DNA of 64,000 bases from the human T2T-CHM13v2.0 reference genome, Homo sapiens (GCF_009914755.1 NC_060933.1), one strand, 5' to 3'; shown: positions 44,742-63,972, numbered from the stretch's first letter. Translations and numbers: made by a program. Notes: generated by a model from the sequence alone, not told the origin.

Positions 44742-47047
44742 TGTATTAGTCTGTTTTCACACTGCTGATAAAGACATACCCGAGACTGGGTAATTTATAA
44801 AGAAAAAGAGGTTTAATGGATTCACAGTTCCATGTGGCTGGGGAGGCCTCACAATCATGGCAGAAAGCGGTGGTGGCCACTTACTGGCAGTGGCAAGTGA
44901 GAAAATGAGAACCAAGTAAAAGGAGTTTCCCCTTAGAAAACCATCAGATCTCATGAGACTTATTCACTACCACGAGAGCAGTATGGGGAAACTGCCCCCC
45001 ATGATTCCATTAACTCCCAGTGGGTCCCTCCCACAACATGTGAGAATTATGGGAGCTACAATTCGAGATGAGATTTGGGTGGGGACACAGCCAAACCATA
45101 TCATTCTCCCGTGGACCCTCCCAAATCTCATGTCTTCACGTTTCAAAACCAATCGTGCCTTCCCAACAGTACCCCAAAGTCTTCAATCATTTCAGCATTA
45201 ACTCAAAAGTCCACAGTCCAAAATCTCATCTGAGACAAGGCAAGACCCTTCCACCTATGAGCCTGTAAAATCAAAAGCAAGTTAGTTACTTCCTAGATTC
45301 AACCAGGGTACAGGCATTAGGTAAATACAGCCATTCCAAATGGGAGAAATTGGCCAAAACAAAGGGGCTACAGGCCCCATGCAAGTCTGAAATCCACTAG
45401 GGCAGTCAAATCTTAAAGCTCCAAAATGATCTCCTTTGACTCCATGTCTCGCATCCAGGTCCTGCTGATGCAAGAGGTAGGTTCCCACAGCCTTGGGCAG
45501 CTCCGCCTCTATGGCTTTGCAGGGTATAGGCCCCCTCCTGGCTGCTTTCACAGTCTGATGTTGAGTGTCTGTGGCTTTTCCAGGTTCACAGTGCAAGGTG
45601 TTGGTGGATCTATCATTCTTGGTCTGGAGGATGGTAGCCCTCTTCTCACAGCTGCACTAGGTGGTATCCCAGTAGGGACTCTGTGAGGGGGGCTTATACC
45701 CCATGTTTTCCTTCTGCACTACCGTAGCAGAGGTTCCCCATGAGCACCCCACTCCTGCAGCAAACTTCTGCGTGGACATCCAGGCATTTCTATACATCCT
45801 CTGAAATCTAGGCAGAGATTCCCAAACCTCAATTCTTGACTTCTGTGCACCCACAGGCTCAACACCATGTGGAAGCTGCCAAGGCTTGGGGCTTGCACCC
45901 TCTGAAGCCATGGCCCAAGCTGTACTTTGGCCTTTTTTAGCAATGGATGGAGGGGGTAGGATGCAGGGCACAAAGTCCCTAGGCTGCATAGAGCAGTGGG
46001 GCCCCACATCCTGCCCAGGAAACCATTTTTTCCTCCTAAGCCTCTGGGTCTGTGATAAGAGGTGCTGCTGCAAAGGTCCCTGACATACCCTGGAGACATT
46101 TTCCTTATTTTCTTGGTGAATCACATTTGGCTCCTATTCCTTATGGAAATTTCTGCATCTGGCTTGAATTTCTCCTCAGAAAATGGTTTTTTGTTTTCTC
46201 TCACATCATCAGGCTGGAAATTTTCCAAACATTTATGCTCTGTTTCTCTTTTAAAACTGCTTTTAACAGCACCCAAGTCACCTTTTGGATGCTTTGCTGC
46301 TTAGAAATTTCCTCCACCAGATACCCTAAATCATCTCTCTCAAGTTCAAAGTTCCACAGATCTCTCAGATAGAGGCAAAATGCTGCCAGTCTCTTTGCTA
46401 AAACATAACAAGAGTCACCTTTGCTTCAGTTCCCAACAAGTTCCTCATCTCCATCTGAGATCACCTCAGCCTGGATTTCATTGTTCATATCATTATCAGC
46501 ATTTTGGTCAAAGCCATTCAACAAGTCTCTACGAAGTTTCAAACTGTCCCATATTTTCCTGTCTTCTTCTGAGCCCTCCAAACTGTTCCAACCTCTGACT
46601 GTTACCCAGTTTCAAAGTTACTTCCACGTTTTTAAAAATCTTTACAGCAGCACTCTTCTCTACTGATACCAATTTACTGTATTAGTCACACTGTTTTCAC
46701 ACTGCTGATAAAAACATACCTGAGACTGAGTAATTTATAAAGAAAAGAGGTTTAACGGACTCACAGTTCCATGTGGCTGGGGAGGCCTCCCAATCATGGC
46801 AGAAGGTGAAAGGCACATCTTACATGGTGGTGGCAAGACAGAAAATGAGAACCAAGTGAAAGGGGTTTCCCCTTACAAAACCATCAGCTCTTGTGAGACT
46901 TATTCACTACCATGAGAACAGTATGGGGAAAACCATCCCCATGATTCATTCAGTTAACCCCCACGGGGTCCCTCCCACAACACATGGGAATTATGGGAGC
47001 TAACATTCAAGATGAGATTTGGGTGGGCACACGGCCAAACAATATCA
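44742..47047 (-). mobile_element. Complete THE1 (B-like) MaLR: LTR 44742-45103, internal 45104-46677, LTR 46678-47047
   Basis: Two direct LTRs tgtattag...tatca around THE1-int; TSD ctctc/ctgtc. Confidence 0.93.
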
Positions 47048-48538
47048 CTGTCCCTCTGGTTTCTTCTGAATTGAAGACTTGCAACAGAAGATCTGATTAG
47101 TGAAGCCTAAGTAATATACTGGCACCAGAAGAGCATGGGAGGCTTGGAGTGGAAGCTTCACACATCAACTTGAAAGAGAAGGGACTCATAATACACTCAA
47201 TCCTCCCAATATAGGGAATGTTTTCAAAGATTTATATATACGTTGAAGTGTTAAATTAAGAAATGGAACTACCTTCTATGTATTTTGAATTAGCTGGGAT
47301 AGAAGAGAATAAAGACAAAATTATTATTCTAGTAGAGAGCAATAAAAAAAAATTCAAAGAAATAGCATCAAAACCCTAGAATGCAATGGTATAAATGAGT
47401 CACCTATTGTCAATATCACAATATCTATAAAGAAATTACAATTATCTATTATAAAGCAAAGTATCAGATTGAATTAAATATAATTCACCTATATGCCATT
47501 TACAAAAAATACTTCTGAACAATGATGAAAGATTGAGGAGATACTTGTAAAGCACTTAGGACAGTTCTTGATTCATAGTAAATAAAAATTTCATGAAAAC
47601 ATACACACATACATAAATGAACAAACAAACAAATAATTAGATTGAAAGCAAAGCAAAAGAAAAATATATCAGGGAAATATTAACTAAAATTAATGGGTGG
47701 AGGAATAATAATTTTGGAAAGTTTTATCAAGAATGAAAAGGAACACCACATAATGTTAGAAAGAAGCGTTTCTACAAGAAGATGTAAGAATCATTAACTT
47801 ATATGCACCTAACAGAAAGACTTGAACTATATAAATAGCTGACTGAATTAGAGAAAGAAATTCCCAATACTAGTAGAAGATTTTAACATTTCTCTCAACA
47901 GAAACCAATAGAGTGAGCAGACAAAAAAAAAATACTATGTAGACAGTTTAGATGATATAATTAGAGGGCTGATTTACTATCTATATTTAGGTGATTTAAA
48001 GAACTAAATATGTAAAACAAAACTTAAAATTATTAGAAGGAAATGTAAGAGAATTATGTTTATGAACTTGGGTTCATGAAGAATTTTGAAAATGAGTTTC
48101 AAAAAACAAAAATTGCATGTGAAAGACTAATAAATTTAATCAAATTAGAGATTAAAACTTCTATAAAACAAAGAAAAGCCTATATAATCAAAATATAAAG
48201 GATAAAGAATACTGGGAGAATATATTTGCAAAATACACAACATATGAAGGATCAGAGGTAACAAAAGCATATACTAAGCACTAAAGATAAATTAAAAAAA
48301 GACAAGAAAGGAAAATGAGTAAAGGGTTTATAAGTACAAAATTAACCAAAGATACCCAAAGGGACTCTCTCTCTCTCTTTCCTTTCTTTCTCTCTCTCTC
48401 TATATATGAAATACAGTATATATTATATAAATTTTATATAAAAATTACATATATAATTTCATATATGGCAACTTTTATATATATTGGCACAAAATCAAAA
48501 GCTGACAACTACAGAAGTAAAACTAAAACAACAGAGTC

Positions 48539-48830
<292 letters not shown>

Positions 48831-49040
48831 ATTAAACAACACAGTCATTTGTGTAGCCCCAAGAGCGTGGCCAAAGTTCTTAAATGTGATAAAAACCAGT
48901 GGTTGCAAAGGATGGACAGAAAAAGTGAATATTCAAGCATGGCTGCTGGAAACATAGACATCAGTTTAGTAATCTCAGAAAGCTGACCAAGCTCTCATTC
49001 TTCATCCCAATGATTCCTTTTCTAACTATATATCTTAGAG

Positions 49041-50726
<1,686 letters not shown>

Positions 50727-50949
50727 CCTTAGAGAAATACTGACACATAAATTGTGAAGCTATATGCAGATGTTTATTATGATGCTGTTATATTGAAAAT
50801 TTGGAAACAATTTAAATGGTCCACAGTAAGAGAGTGAGTAAATAAATTGTGCATTATACAATGATACAGTGGAATACTACAGTTAAAAATAAATAAATTA
50901 GATTTATATATGTTAATATAATGTTAAAGAAAAAATAATTCTTGGCATT

Positions 50950-51357
50950 TGTTAAAGATGGTAAGCTTAGTGGGGGCCAAGGTGATAGACACAGGGGCCA
51001 CTGCAATGGAGTCCTGCCATTAGGGAGAGAGACTGAAGTCAGTTTCAGGTCCAACAAGGACAGGTAGGGATTTATAGCCAAGGAACAGGGTGGGCATCAG
51101 TGGATGAAAGATTAGTAAGGAAAACATCAGGGGTAAGGTAACTTTTGCTAGAAAGACTCAACAAAATTCTTGTTGAAAGCAAGCCAGGGTGATATCAGAT
51201 AATGAGGGTGGCGAGATACCAAGGTTGGAGGGTTTTCACTAACTGACATGGCAGGATTCTTGCTCAAACTGGATTCTGCAAGGTCAGAGAGGGAAACCCA
51301 GCAGATGACTCAAAGGGGCCCAACTAAAGTTTTGGTCATAGGAGAGAGTCTTTGTCA
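50950..51357 (-). mobile_element. ERV1-class solo LTR (MER31-like)
   Basis: Reverse of TGACAAAGACTCTCTCC...GACCAAAACTTTAG start; TG/CA ends. Confidence 0.7.
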
Positions 51358-52042
51358 ATAGTTGGATCTCAAAAATATAATTTTGAATATAACAAAACAA
51401 GTTAGTTTATTACATGGAAATTAGTTAAAATAATTTAAATTACAAATATTATGTATGAGTTACTATTATAAATTATATGTATTACATTATAAAACTCAGA
51501 ATTTATGATCTTAATTGCCACTGGAGAGAAGGAAAAAGAGAAAATTGAGAGTATTTCAAATTTAAACTATTTTATATACCTAAAAATGCAAAGAATTTTA
51601 TAGTGAGCATGTATTCCCTTTTCTGTAGGGCATATTTAAGAATATCCCATTGGATTTTAATGTTTTTGGTAGTTTTTGCTGTTATTAGAAACACAAAACT
51701 TTTTTTGACGACATTACTATTTCCTTAGAATAATCTCCTACTTCAGGAAGTATTGTAGTTTTGAGGCTACACCACTCTTAATTTATTTTATTCAACGAAA
51801 AGCTTATATAAATATTTGTTTGAACTAGCATTATACTGAGAGTGGCTGCTTTTAGGCACAATTACCAAATCTGTATAATATATGTGTATATTTTTAAATA
51901 CTGCCAGTTTTATCAGTGAAAGTGGCACATAATTGTTTTATTTATTGTTTTGGTGATTCTTAGAGAAGTCGAGGGATGGGGGAATATTGTAAAAGTAGAA
52001 TTACTGGTGCTTTAAAAACAAGAGAACTCATTCAGTATACAC

Positions 52043-52214
52043 CTGTCTCTAGAGTTATTTGCACACATGGGCAAGAAAGAAGTCCAAGCCATGTGGTCTT
52101 TAGTCTCAGGACATGGCGAGAGGTTGCTTTTATGGTCTCCCTGTCCACAATTTTTCACAGGAGGTATTAGAGAGAAGTGGCCACAGCTTAATGATTATTT
52201 TCACTGCTCAGTGT
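52043..52214 (-). pseudogene. Putative exon TLSSENNH*...KIVDRETIKATSRHVLRLKTTWLGLLSCPCVQITLET (phase 0-1)
   Basis: Acceptor TTGCCTCTCTTACAG|, donor CAG|GTGTAT; 172 nt. Confidence 0.55.
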
Positions 52215-52291
52215 CTGTAAGAGAGGCAACAAATGTGAAGAACCAAGGATTTTTGGATTCCCTTATCTACGGACACCAAAAATCTACTCAT

Positions 52292-52484
52292 TTTGTTCCC
52301 ATTCCTTAAATCATCCAGACATCTGACATTGTGGGACTATATTAGTCCTCCACTGTAGGTCCGTTCAATATCTATCATAGCAATGTGGGGAGTGGTTTAA
52401 TGACCTGGGCTTCCTTTGGCACCTTTGAAACTTTCGGTTGTGGTGTGATTCTAGTTGATATTCTCCTAGACTATACAATGTCCC
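52292..52484 (-). pseudogene. Putative exon ...TTESFKGAKGSPGH*TTPHIAMIDIERTY...LDDLRNGNK (phase 2-0)
   Basis: Acceptor TTCTGATTTCAG|, donor mutated to ATGAGT; 77-nt intron to the next exon in matching phase. Confidence 0.55.
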
Positions 52485-53119
52485 CTGAAATCAGAACCAT
52501 GTTAAAAGTCAGCAATTTCCTTTCAGTTATCACTGCTTGATGCCATACGGCGTAAAACTTTCTCTATTTGTTTCCTTTGATCCTTGTCCTTCCAGAAGGA
52601 ACCTATCTTAGTTCTTTATATTTACCCCTTTCAATATAGATCAAGGAGTCAACATTAAATAACTTTATATTTTTGTCCACAGTGTTCAATTTGTATTTCT
52701 GTTTTCACACCTTGGCCGATTTCTACTGCATCTGACATTATTTCCTTCCTGATTTTAAAGAATTCTTTAATTTGAAAATACTTAGTAACATTACTAGAAT
52801 TGATTTCATTGATTCTCTGTATTCTTTTTTGTACTCTTTTTGTTTGTCTCAGCTGAAATTTTTATTCTTCCTTTCTCTTTTTTTTGTTTTGGGTTTTGTT
52901 TGCTCTTCTAGTTTCTTAGGATGAGAAATTAGGTTATTGATTTGGTATCATTTCTTTTTTAATGTAGGTATTCACAGCTATAAATTTCTCTCTGAGCACT
53001 GATTTTACTGCATCTCTTAAGTTTTAGTATGTTTTTGCTCATTCCAAAGTATTTTCTGTTTGCTCTTGTAATTTTTTTATTCATTATTGTTTAATTTGAA
53101 CATATTCGTGGATTTTTGA

Positions 53120-53468
<349 letters not shown>

Positions 53469-54099
53469 CATATTTTTATTGTTTTAATCTTTTTAAATGT
53501 ATTGACACATTTTGTGGCTTAATATATATTCTACCCTGAGAATGCTCCATGTGCACTTGAGAAGAATGTTTATTTGCTGTTGATGAATAAAGTGTTTTAT
53601 AATTGTCTGTTAGGTCTACTTGGCTTATAGTGTTGTGCAAGTCTCCTATTGCATCATTGATCTTCTATCTAGTCGTCGTTTCTATTATTGAAAGTGGAAT
53701 ATTGCAGTCCCCACATATTACTGTTGAATTTTATCCTTTCAGTTCTGTTAGTGTTTCTCCTTGTATTTTGAGGCTCTGTTGTTAGATGTGTGTATGTTTA
53801 CAATTGTTATATTATATATTAACCCCTTTAACATTATATAAAGTCCTTTGTCTCTTGTAACAGTTTTTTACTTAAAGTCTATTCTGTCTGGTGTTAGTAT
53901 AGCCACTCCAGCTCACTTTTGGTTATTGTTTGTACAGAATATATTTTTCCATCTTTTCACTTGAAGCCTATTTGTGCCTTTGAATCTATTGTTAAGTCTC
54001 TCATAGAAAGCATACACTTGGTTCATGTTTGTTTTTTTAAAAAATTAATTGTTCCAACCTTTGCTTTTTGATGGAAACTCTTAATCCATTTACATGTAA

Positions 54100-54490
54100 T
54101 TTTTTTTAACTTTTATTTTAAGGGGTACATGAGCAGATTCGTTACATAGGTGAACTTGTGTCATGGAGATTTGTTGAATAGATTATTTTGTCACCAGGTA
54201 TTAAGCCTAGTACCCACTTAGTTACTTTTCCTGATCCTCTCCCTCCTAACGCCCTCCACCCTCTGAGAGTGTGTGCTGTTCCCCTCTATGTGTCCAGTGT
54301 TCCCATCATTTAGCTCTCACCTGTGAGTGAGAACACGTGGTATTTGGTTTACTGTTCCTGCGTTGGTTTGCTAAGGATAATGATCTCCAGCTCCATCCAT
54401 GTCCCTGCAAAGGACATGATATTCTTCTTTTTTAATGGATGCATAATATTCCATGGTCTATCTGTACCACATTTTCTTTATCCAGTCTAT
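54100..54490 (-). mobile_element. Older L1PA (about PA13-16) 3' fragment
   Basis: gattattttgtcaccaggtattaagcctagtaccc...cctgatcctctccctcct. Confidence 0.8.
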
Positions 54491-54843
54491 AAAGATGTAC
54501 TTCTGCCATTTTGCCATTTGTTTTGTTTTTGTCTTATATCTTTTATTTTTTTATTTTTTTTATTTTTTTTTCAAACTAGTAAACTTTCATTTTATTTATT
54601 TATATATTTTTATTTTCTTTTTTTTTACTTTTTTTTTTATTATACTTTAAGTTTTAGGGTACATGTGCACATTGTGCAGGTTAGTTACATATGTATACAT
54701 GTGCCGTGCTGGTGCCCAGCACCCACTAACTCGTCATCTAGCATTAGGTATATCTCCCAATGCTATCCCTCCCCCCTCCCCCGACCCCACCACAGTCCCC
54801 AGAGTGTGATATTCCCCTTCCTGTGTCCATGTGATCTCATTGT

Positions 54844-58697
<3,854 letters not shown>

Positions 58698-58733
58698 TTA
58701 GTTGATGCAGTTTCTTCCTAGTCTTGATGGTCT

Positions 58734-59750
58734 TTACAGTTTGGCATGATTTTGCAGCGGCTGGTACTGGTTGTTCCTTTCCATGTTTAGCGCTTCCTTC
58801 AGAAGCTCTTTTAGGGAAGGCCTGGTGGTGACAAAATCTGTCAGCATTTGCTTGTCTGTAAAGTATTTTATTTCTCCTTCACTTATGAAGCTTAGTTTGG
58901 CTGGATATGAAATTCTGGGTTGAAAATTCTTTTCTTTAAGAATGTTGAATATTGGCCCCCACTCTCTTCTGGCTTGTAGGGTTTCTGCCGAGAGATCTGC
59001 TGTTAGTCTGATGGGCTTCCCTTTGAGGGTAACCCGACCTTTCTCTCTGGCTGCCCTTAACATTTTTTCCTTCATTTCAACTTTGGTGAATCTGACAATT
59101 ATTTGTCTTGGAGTTGCTCTTCTGGAGGAGTATCTTCGTGGCGTTCTCTGTATTTCCTGAATCTGAACGTTGGTCTGCCTTGCTAGATTGGGGAAGTTCT
59201 CCTGGATAATATCCTGCAGAGTGTTTTCCAACTTGGTTCCATTCTCCCCGTCACTTTCAGGTATACCAATCAGACGTAGATTTGGTCTTTTCACATAGTC
59301 CCATATTTCTTGGAGGCTTTGCTCATTTCTTTTTATTCTTTTTTCTCTAAACTTCCCTTCTCGCTTCATTTCATTCATTTCATCTTCCATCGCTGATACC
59401 CTTTCTTCCAGTTGATCGCATTGGCTCCTGAGGTTTCTGCATTCTTCACGTAGTTCTCGAGCCTTGGTTTTCAGCTCCATCGGCTCCTTTAAGCACTTCT
59501 CTGTATTGGTTATTCTAGTTATACATTCTTCTAAATTTTTTTCAAAGTTTTCAACTTCTTTGCCTTTGGTTTGAATGTCCTCCCGTAGCTCAGAGTAATT
59601 TGATCATCTGAAGCCTTCTTCTCTCAGCTCATCAAAGTCATTCTCCATCCAGCTTTGTTCCGTTTCTGGTGAGGAACTGCGTTCCTTTGGAGGAGGAGAG
59701 GCGCTCTGCTTTTTAGAGTTTCCAGTTTTTCTGTTCTGTTTTTTCCCCAT
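58734..59750 (-). pseudogene. L1 ORF1p (338 codons) with TGA at codon 49
   Basis: ATG GGG AAA AAA CAG at 59750; TGA at 59604-59606; rest open. Confidence 0.92.
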
Positions 59751-60656
59751 CTTTGTGGTTTTATCTACTTTTGGTCTTTGATGATGGTGATGTACAGATG
59801 GGTTTTTGGTGTGGATGTCCTTTCTGTTTGTTAGTTTTCCTTCTAACAGACAGGACCCTCAGCTGCAGGTCTGTTGGAGTACCCTGACGTGTGAGGTGTC
59901 AGTGTGCCCCTGCTGGGGGGTGCCTCCCAGTTAGGCTGCTCCGGGGTCAGGGGTCAGGGACCCACTTGAGGAGGCAGTCTGCCCGTTCTCAGATCTCCAG
60001 CTGCGTACTGGGAGAACCACTGCTCTCTTCAAAGCTGTCAGACAGGGACATTTAAGTCTGCAGAGGTTACTGCTGTCTTTTTGTTTGTCTGTGCCCTGCC
60101 CCCAGAGGTGGAGCCTACAGAGGCAGGCAGGCCTCCTTGAGCTGTGGTGGGCTCCACCCAGTTCGAGCTTCCAGGCTGCTTTGTTTACCTAAGCAAGCCT
60201 GGGCAATGGCGGTCGCCACTCCCCCAGCCTCGCTGCCGCCTTGCAGTTTGATCTCAGACTGCTGTGCTAGCAATCAGCGAGACTCCGTGGGTGTAGGACC
60301 CTCCGAGCCAGGTGCGGGATATAATCTTGTGGTGCGCCGGTTTTCAAGCCCGTCGGAAAAGTGCAGTATTCGGGTGGGAGTGACCCGATTTTCCAGGTGC
60401 CGTCCGTCACCCCTTTCTTTGACTAGGAAAGGGAACTCCCTGACCCCTTGCGCTTCCCGAGTGAGGCAATGCCTCGCCGTGCTTTGGCTCGCGCTCGGTG
60501 CACACACCCACTGACCTGCGCCCACTATCTGGCACTCCCTAGTGAGATGAACCCGGTACCTCAGATGGAAATGCAGAAATCACCTGTCTTCTGCGTCGCT
60601 CACGCTGGGAGCTGTAGACCGGAGCTGTTCCTGTTCGGCCATCTTGGCTCCTCCCC
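59751..60656. promoter_or_regulatory. L1 5'UTR: CpG-rich sense promoter (YY1 site CAAGATGGCC) and antisense promoter
   Basis: ggccatcttg at ~60637-60646; established L1 5'UTR organisation. Confidence 0.75.
60206..60514 (+). CDS. L1 antisense ORF0-like reading frame (102 aa, open)
   Basis: MAVATPPASLPPCSLISDCCASNQRDSVGVGPSEPG matches the ORF0 N-terminus; expression unknown. Confidence 0.6.
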   Translation: MAVATPPASLPPCSLISDCCASNQRDSVGVGPSEPGAGYNLVVRRFSSPSEKCSIRVGVTRFSRCRPSPLSLTRKGNSLTPCASRVRQCLAVLWLALGAHTH

Positions 60657-60920
60657 TGGATAGATATTTTCTTAAATGCCCGGAACCAAAACAAACACAA
60701 AGAATCTTCCAGTCTTTACAGAGGGGCTCTGTGTGTTTTAGAGCATGTCTTTGACAATTAGTATTGTGTTTCACAACTCTTTGTTAGCTTTCAATCTGGT
60801 TGTGCAGAGACTCAAAGCCAGCAGAGGTGACAGCTTAGGGCTTTTTCAGGATTTTCTTGGGAATGTGAACAGCCCTGGTCATGCATGTGGCTCTAGATTC
60901 TCATGGGTATGGGAGTTTAG
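60657..60920 (-). mobile_element. Old L1M 5'-region relic
   Basis: cttaaatgcc...gggctctgtgtg...tgtgcagagactcaaagccagcagaggtgacagcttagggc. Confidence 0.6.
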
Positions 60921-61356
60921 AGAAAAAAGGTCATTGGTCACAGGCTGTAGGGAAAGGGAAGGTTTCATGAAACTACTGAAGTAAACTTCAAGAATAAAGA
61001 TACTTCAGTGTGACTTAGAAAACTGTGGCTTCATAGCTTAATTTAACAATTCAATGAATGTAACATTTTTCTAATACAGACTATACTCAAGGCATTGGAA
61101 CTATAAAAGATGAAACTCTAAACCCCCAGCCTTAATGAATTCAAACAGTTGTGGGTTTTTGTGCGGGTATGTCTACAATGCAAAATATGTTGTGGGTTTA
61201 TATAAAGTTCTACAGGAAGATATGACAAGTAATTAAAATCTGTCTGGAAAATCTAGGACAAATTTGAAAAAAAAAAAAAAAAAAACACAGAGAGGAAATG
61301 GTTTTCAAGCTGGACTTTAAGGATGAGGTAGTAGTGGTTGGTTTTACTACACTTAC

Positions 61357-61548
61357 CCTGCTGGGTTGACCCAGCCCTCCTGGGCATTGGTAAGAACATG
61401 CCAACAAGATCTCTCTTATTTCTATTCTCATGCCAGAAAGAAGAGCAAGCATTTTCTTTCCTGGTGTATAGTACCTTTTTTGCAGAAGAGGCAAGACAAT
61501 GTGGATGTGCAACTACATGATTTATTGCCTGTACTAACTTGACAAGAG
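61357..61548 (-). pseudogene. Putative 192-nt exon (LVKLVQAINHVVAHPHCLASSAKK...; frame uncertain)
   Basis: Strong acceptor TTTTCATTCTTCCTCTAG| and donor AGG|GTAAGT. Confidence 0.55.
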
Positions 61549-61714
61549 CTAGAGGAAGAATGAAAATATCTTGAGTACTCAAGAAATTTTTGGATTTACA
61601 TATTAAGCAAATATGTGACTCTCTTGTTGTTTGCTGTCTTTACTCCATCTAGCTTCCTGTCTTAAGTCTTTCTTCAGTCAGAGTTAGAGTATCACAAATA
61701 TGATTAAGGCCATA

Positions 61715-61967
61715 CTTCTTCAAGTTCTTCATTATTTTTATAGCATTAAAAGATACGAAGGGATTTGGTGTCCCAGACAACCTTATTTGGCACCTGCATA
61801 ATCCTTCCTTGATGGTAGCACTTAATTATCTTAAAGCCGGTTGGTTTCTTTCCAAGTGCATTGCAAACCATATTGTTAATCTTGTAAATGCCAGTTGGGG
61901 TTAAGCTGACTTGACTCTTTTTTCACTGTCCTTGTACTTTGGGGTCAGCTTTTTTGGCAAGGTTGGT
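61715..61967 (-). pseudogene. Possible exon (ISKEIPTLPKKLTPKYKDSEKRVKS / ...VVWDTKSLRIF*CYKNNEELEE)
   Basis: Unique sequence ending in donor GAA|GTATGG; acceptor weak and boundary approximate. Confidence 0.3.
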
Positions 61968-63969
61968 ATTTCTTTGCTTATGTCTATTTCTAATGCACTA
62001 TTAGATGACTTTTTTAAAAAAAAAAATTACATCCCATCAGCAATTCTTCAGGAGCATAGGTTTGCAGAATAGCAATCCAGGTAGAAAGATAAGCAAAGGT
62101 TCTGAGTTTAGAAATTCCTGTTCACTGAACATGAGGTTTCCAGGAACTGGAGATCAAAGTGGGAAATTAGGGAATGGTCAAATTGTACTTGATGCCAAAG
62201 TGTTTGGACTTTATTCTGTAGAATAAAAGGAATAGTGACTGATCTGCAAATCATAAATCGTTCTGTTAGCATAATAGAGGATGATTACAAGGAGGCAAAT
62301 GACAATAGTGTTAGGGACACTAGTATTAAGGAGGTTATTAAAATAGTCCCCAGAGATTAATCCATCTGTACTTATAGTCTAATATATAGCAATTTTTTTA
62401 AGTAGTTGAAATTGGACAGAAAAGAAAGTGGTATAGGAAAGTAAATAAATGTTTCTCAAAGTTTAAATCATCATTTATAATCATTAATATGACTAAAATT
62501 GTCTTGACGTTTAAATGTAAAGCTTATATTCTTCATATATTTTACTAAAATTAAAATGTCAACACAAAAATATATTTTCACTGATGTACCGTTTTACTTT
62601 TATATATTTCTAATTTACAAATTGTAGGCTACAAACTTTTGCTCTCAGTTTTTCCTCCATGATTATTGCTGCCTTTTCTTCCCCAGAAAATGGAAAAGTC
62701 AAGAAATCAGTTATTAAATTGTTTACAAAGTTTCAGAAATTAAATTTTATTATTTTACTTTCTCCCATCTTGCATCATCTTGCTTTCTGACTGCAACACT
62801 TTTTATTTTTCTCACAACTTTCATTTGAGAAACCAAAAGCCCTCTGAAGAATAATAAATGGCACCCTGCTCTCCCTACTCTACTGGCCATCTTGTGTTCA
62901 AATTAACAGTGGTTACATTTATCTACATCTCATGGCAGAATTTACTATGGTTATTTTATAGATTACATTTTCTATAACACCATTTATACCCAGAATATGT
63001 GATTAATACTGTATCTATAATTACTCATGAGATTCCTGAGAGGATTGTGAATGAATTACATTTGAAGAAATTAAAATTAAAATTAAACCTGAGGATGAGA
63101 TGCTCCTTATCACCAGAGTTTACAAATACATTTTGTAAAATTAATGTTTCATCAGCTTAATGCTTACTCAGGAAAATACCAAAAAATATTTTTAACAAAA
63201 CTAGATGAGGGATCATTATGATTCTTATTTAATAAGGTTCTCATCTTAACACATGAAACTATGTTTATCTCATTCTGAATTTTTTCCTACTATATTTTAA
63301 TAGATTGGTGGCTCTTCAAAGTACAACTACTTTGCTCAGAAAAAGCCCACAGGGTGTGCTAGTATCTACTATATATATATAAAGTGATGTCAGAAATCAG
63401 TAGGAAAAAATTATTGTTCAATAAGTCAATTATTGAAGAATTGATTGTGTATTTAGGAAAAGAGCATTATCTAAATACATACCTCACAAGATTCATGAAA
63501 ATTTACAGATTTGTTAGGGAGTAGAAGAAAAGAAGAACCTCAGTGTTTTAAAACTATAATGAAAAGGCAGTGACTTCTTATTACAGTTTTAAAATGGTGG
63601 CAAACTTTCCAAGTTTAGAACCAGTGGACTACATCATAGAGGAAAGCATAAACAGATTTAACTGTATTAATATAATTAATAGCTTCAGTTTGCTATCAAA
63701 AATCAAAATAAAACAATAAACCTCACACCTTGCCACAGCATTATTTTTAATAGGAGAAAGATAAAATATAAACCTAAATAGCCAATAATAGAGTACAAAT
63801 TAAAGAAATTATTATCCACCCAGTTAATGGAATATTACAGACATGAAAAGTAATATTTACAAAGAAGTCATAAAGACAAATAAAGGTCAAATGTTTTAAT
63901 ATGAAAAATAAAACTGGAAAGAAAATTCTCTACACCAAATGAATGCAAATATGAAAAATTACTTCTGAC

Positions 63970-63972
<3 letters not shown>

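Noticed and set aside
44757-46666. Cluster of ORFs up to 155 aa
   Set aside because: All within THE1 LTR or internal sequence
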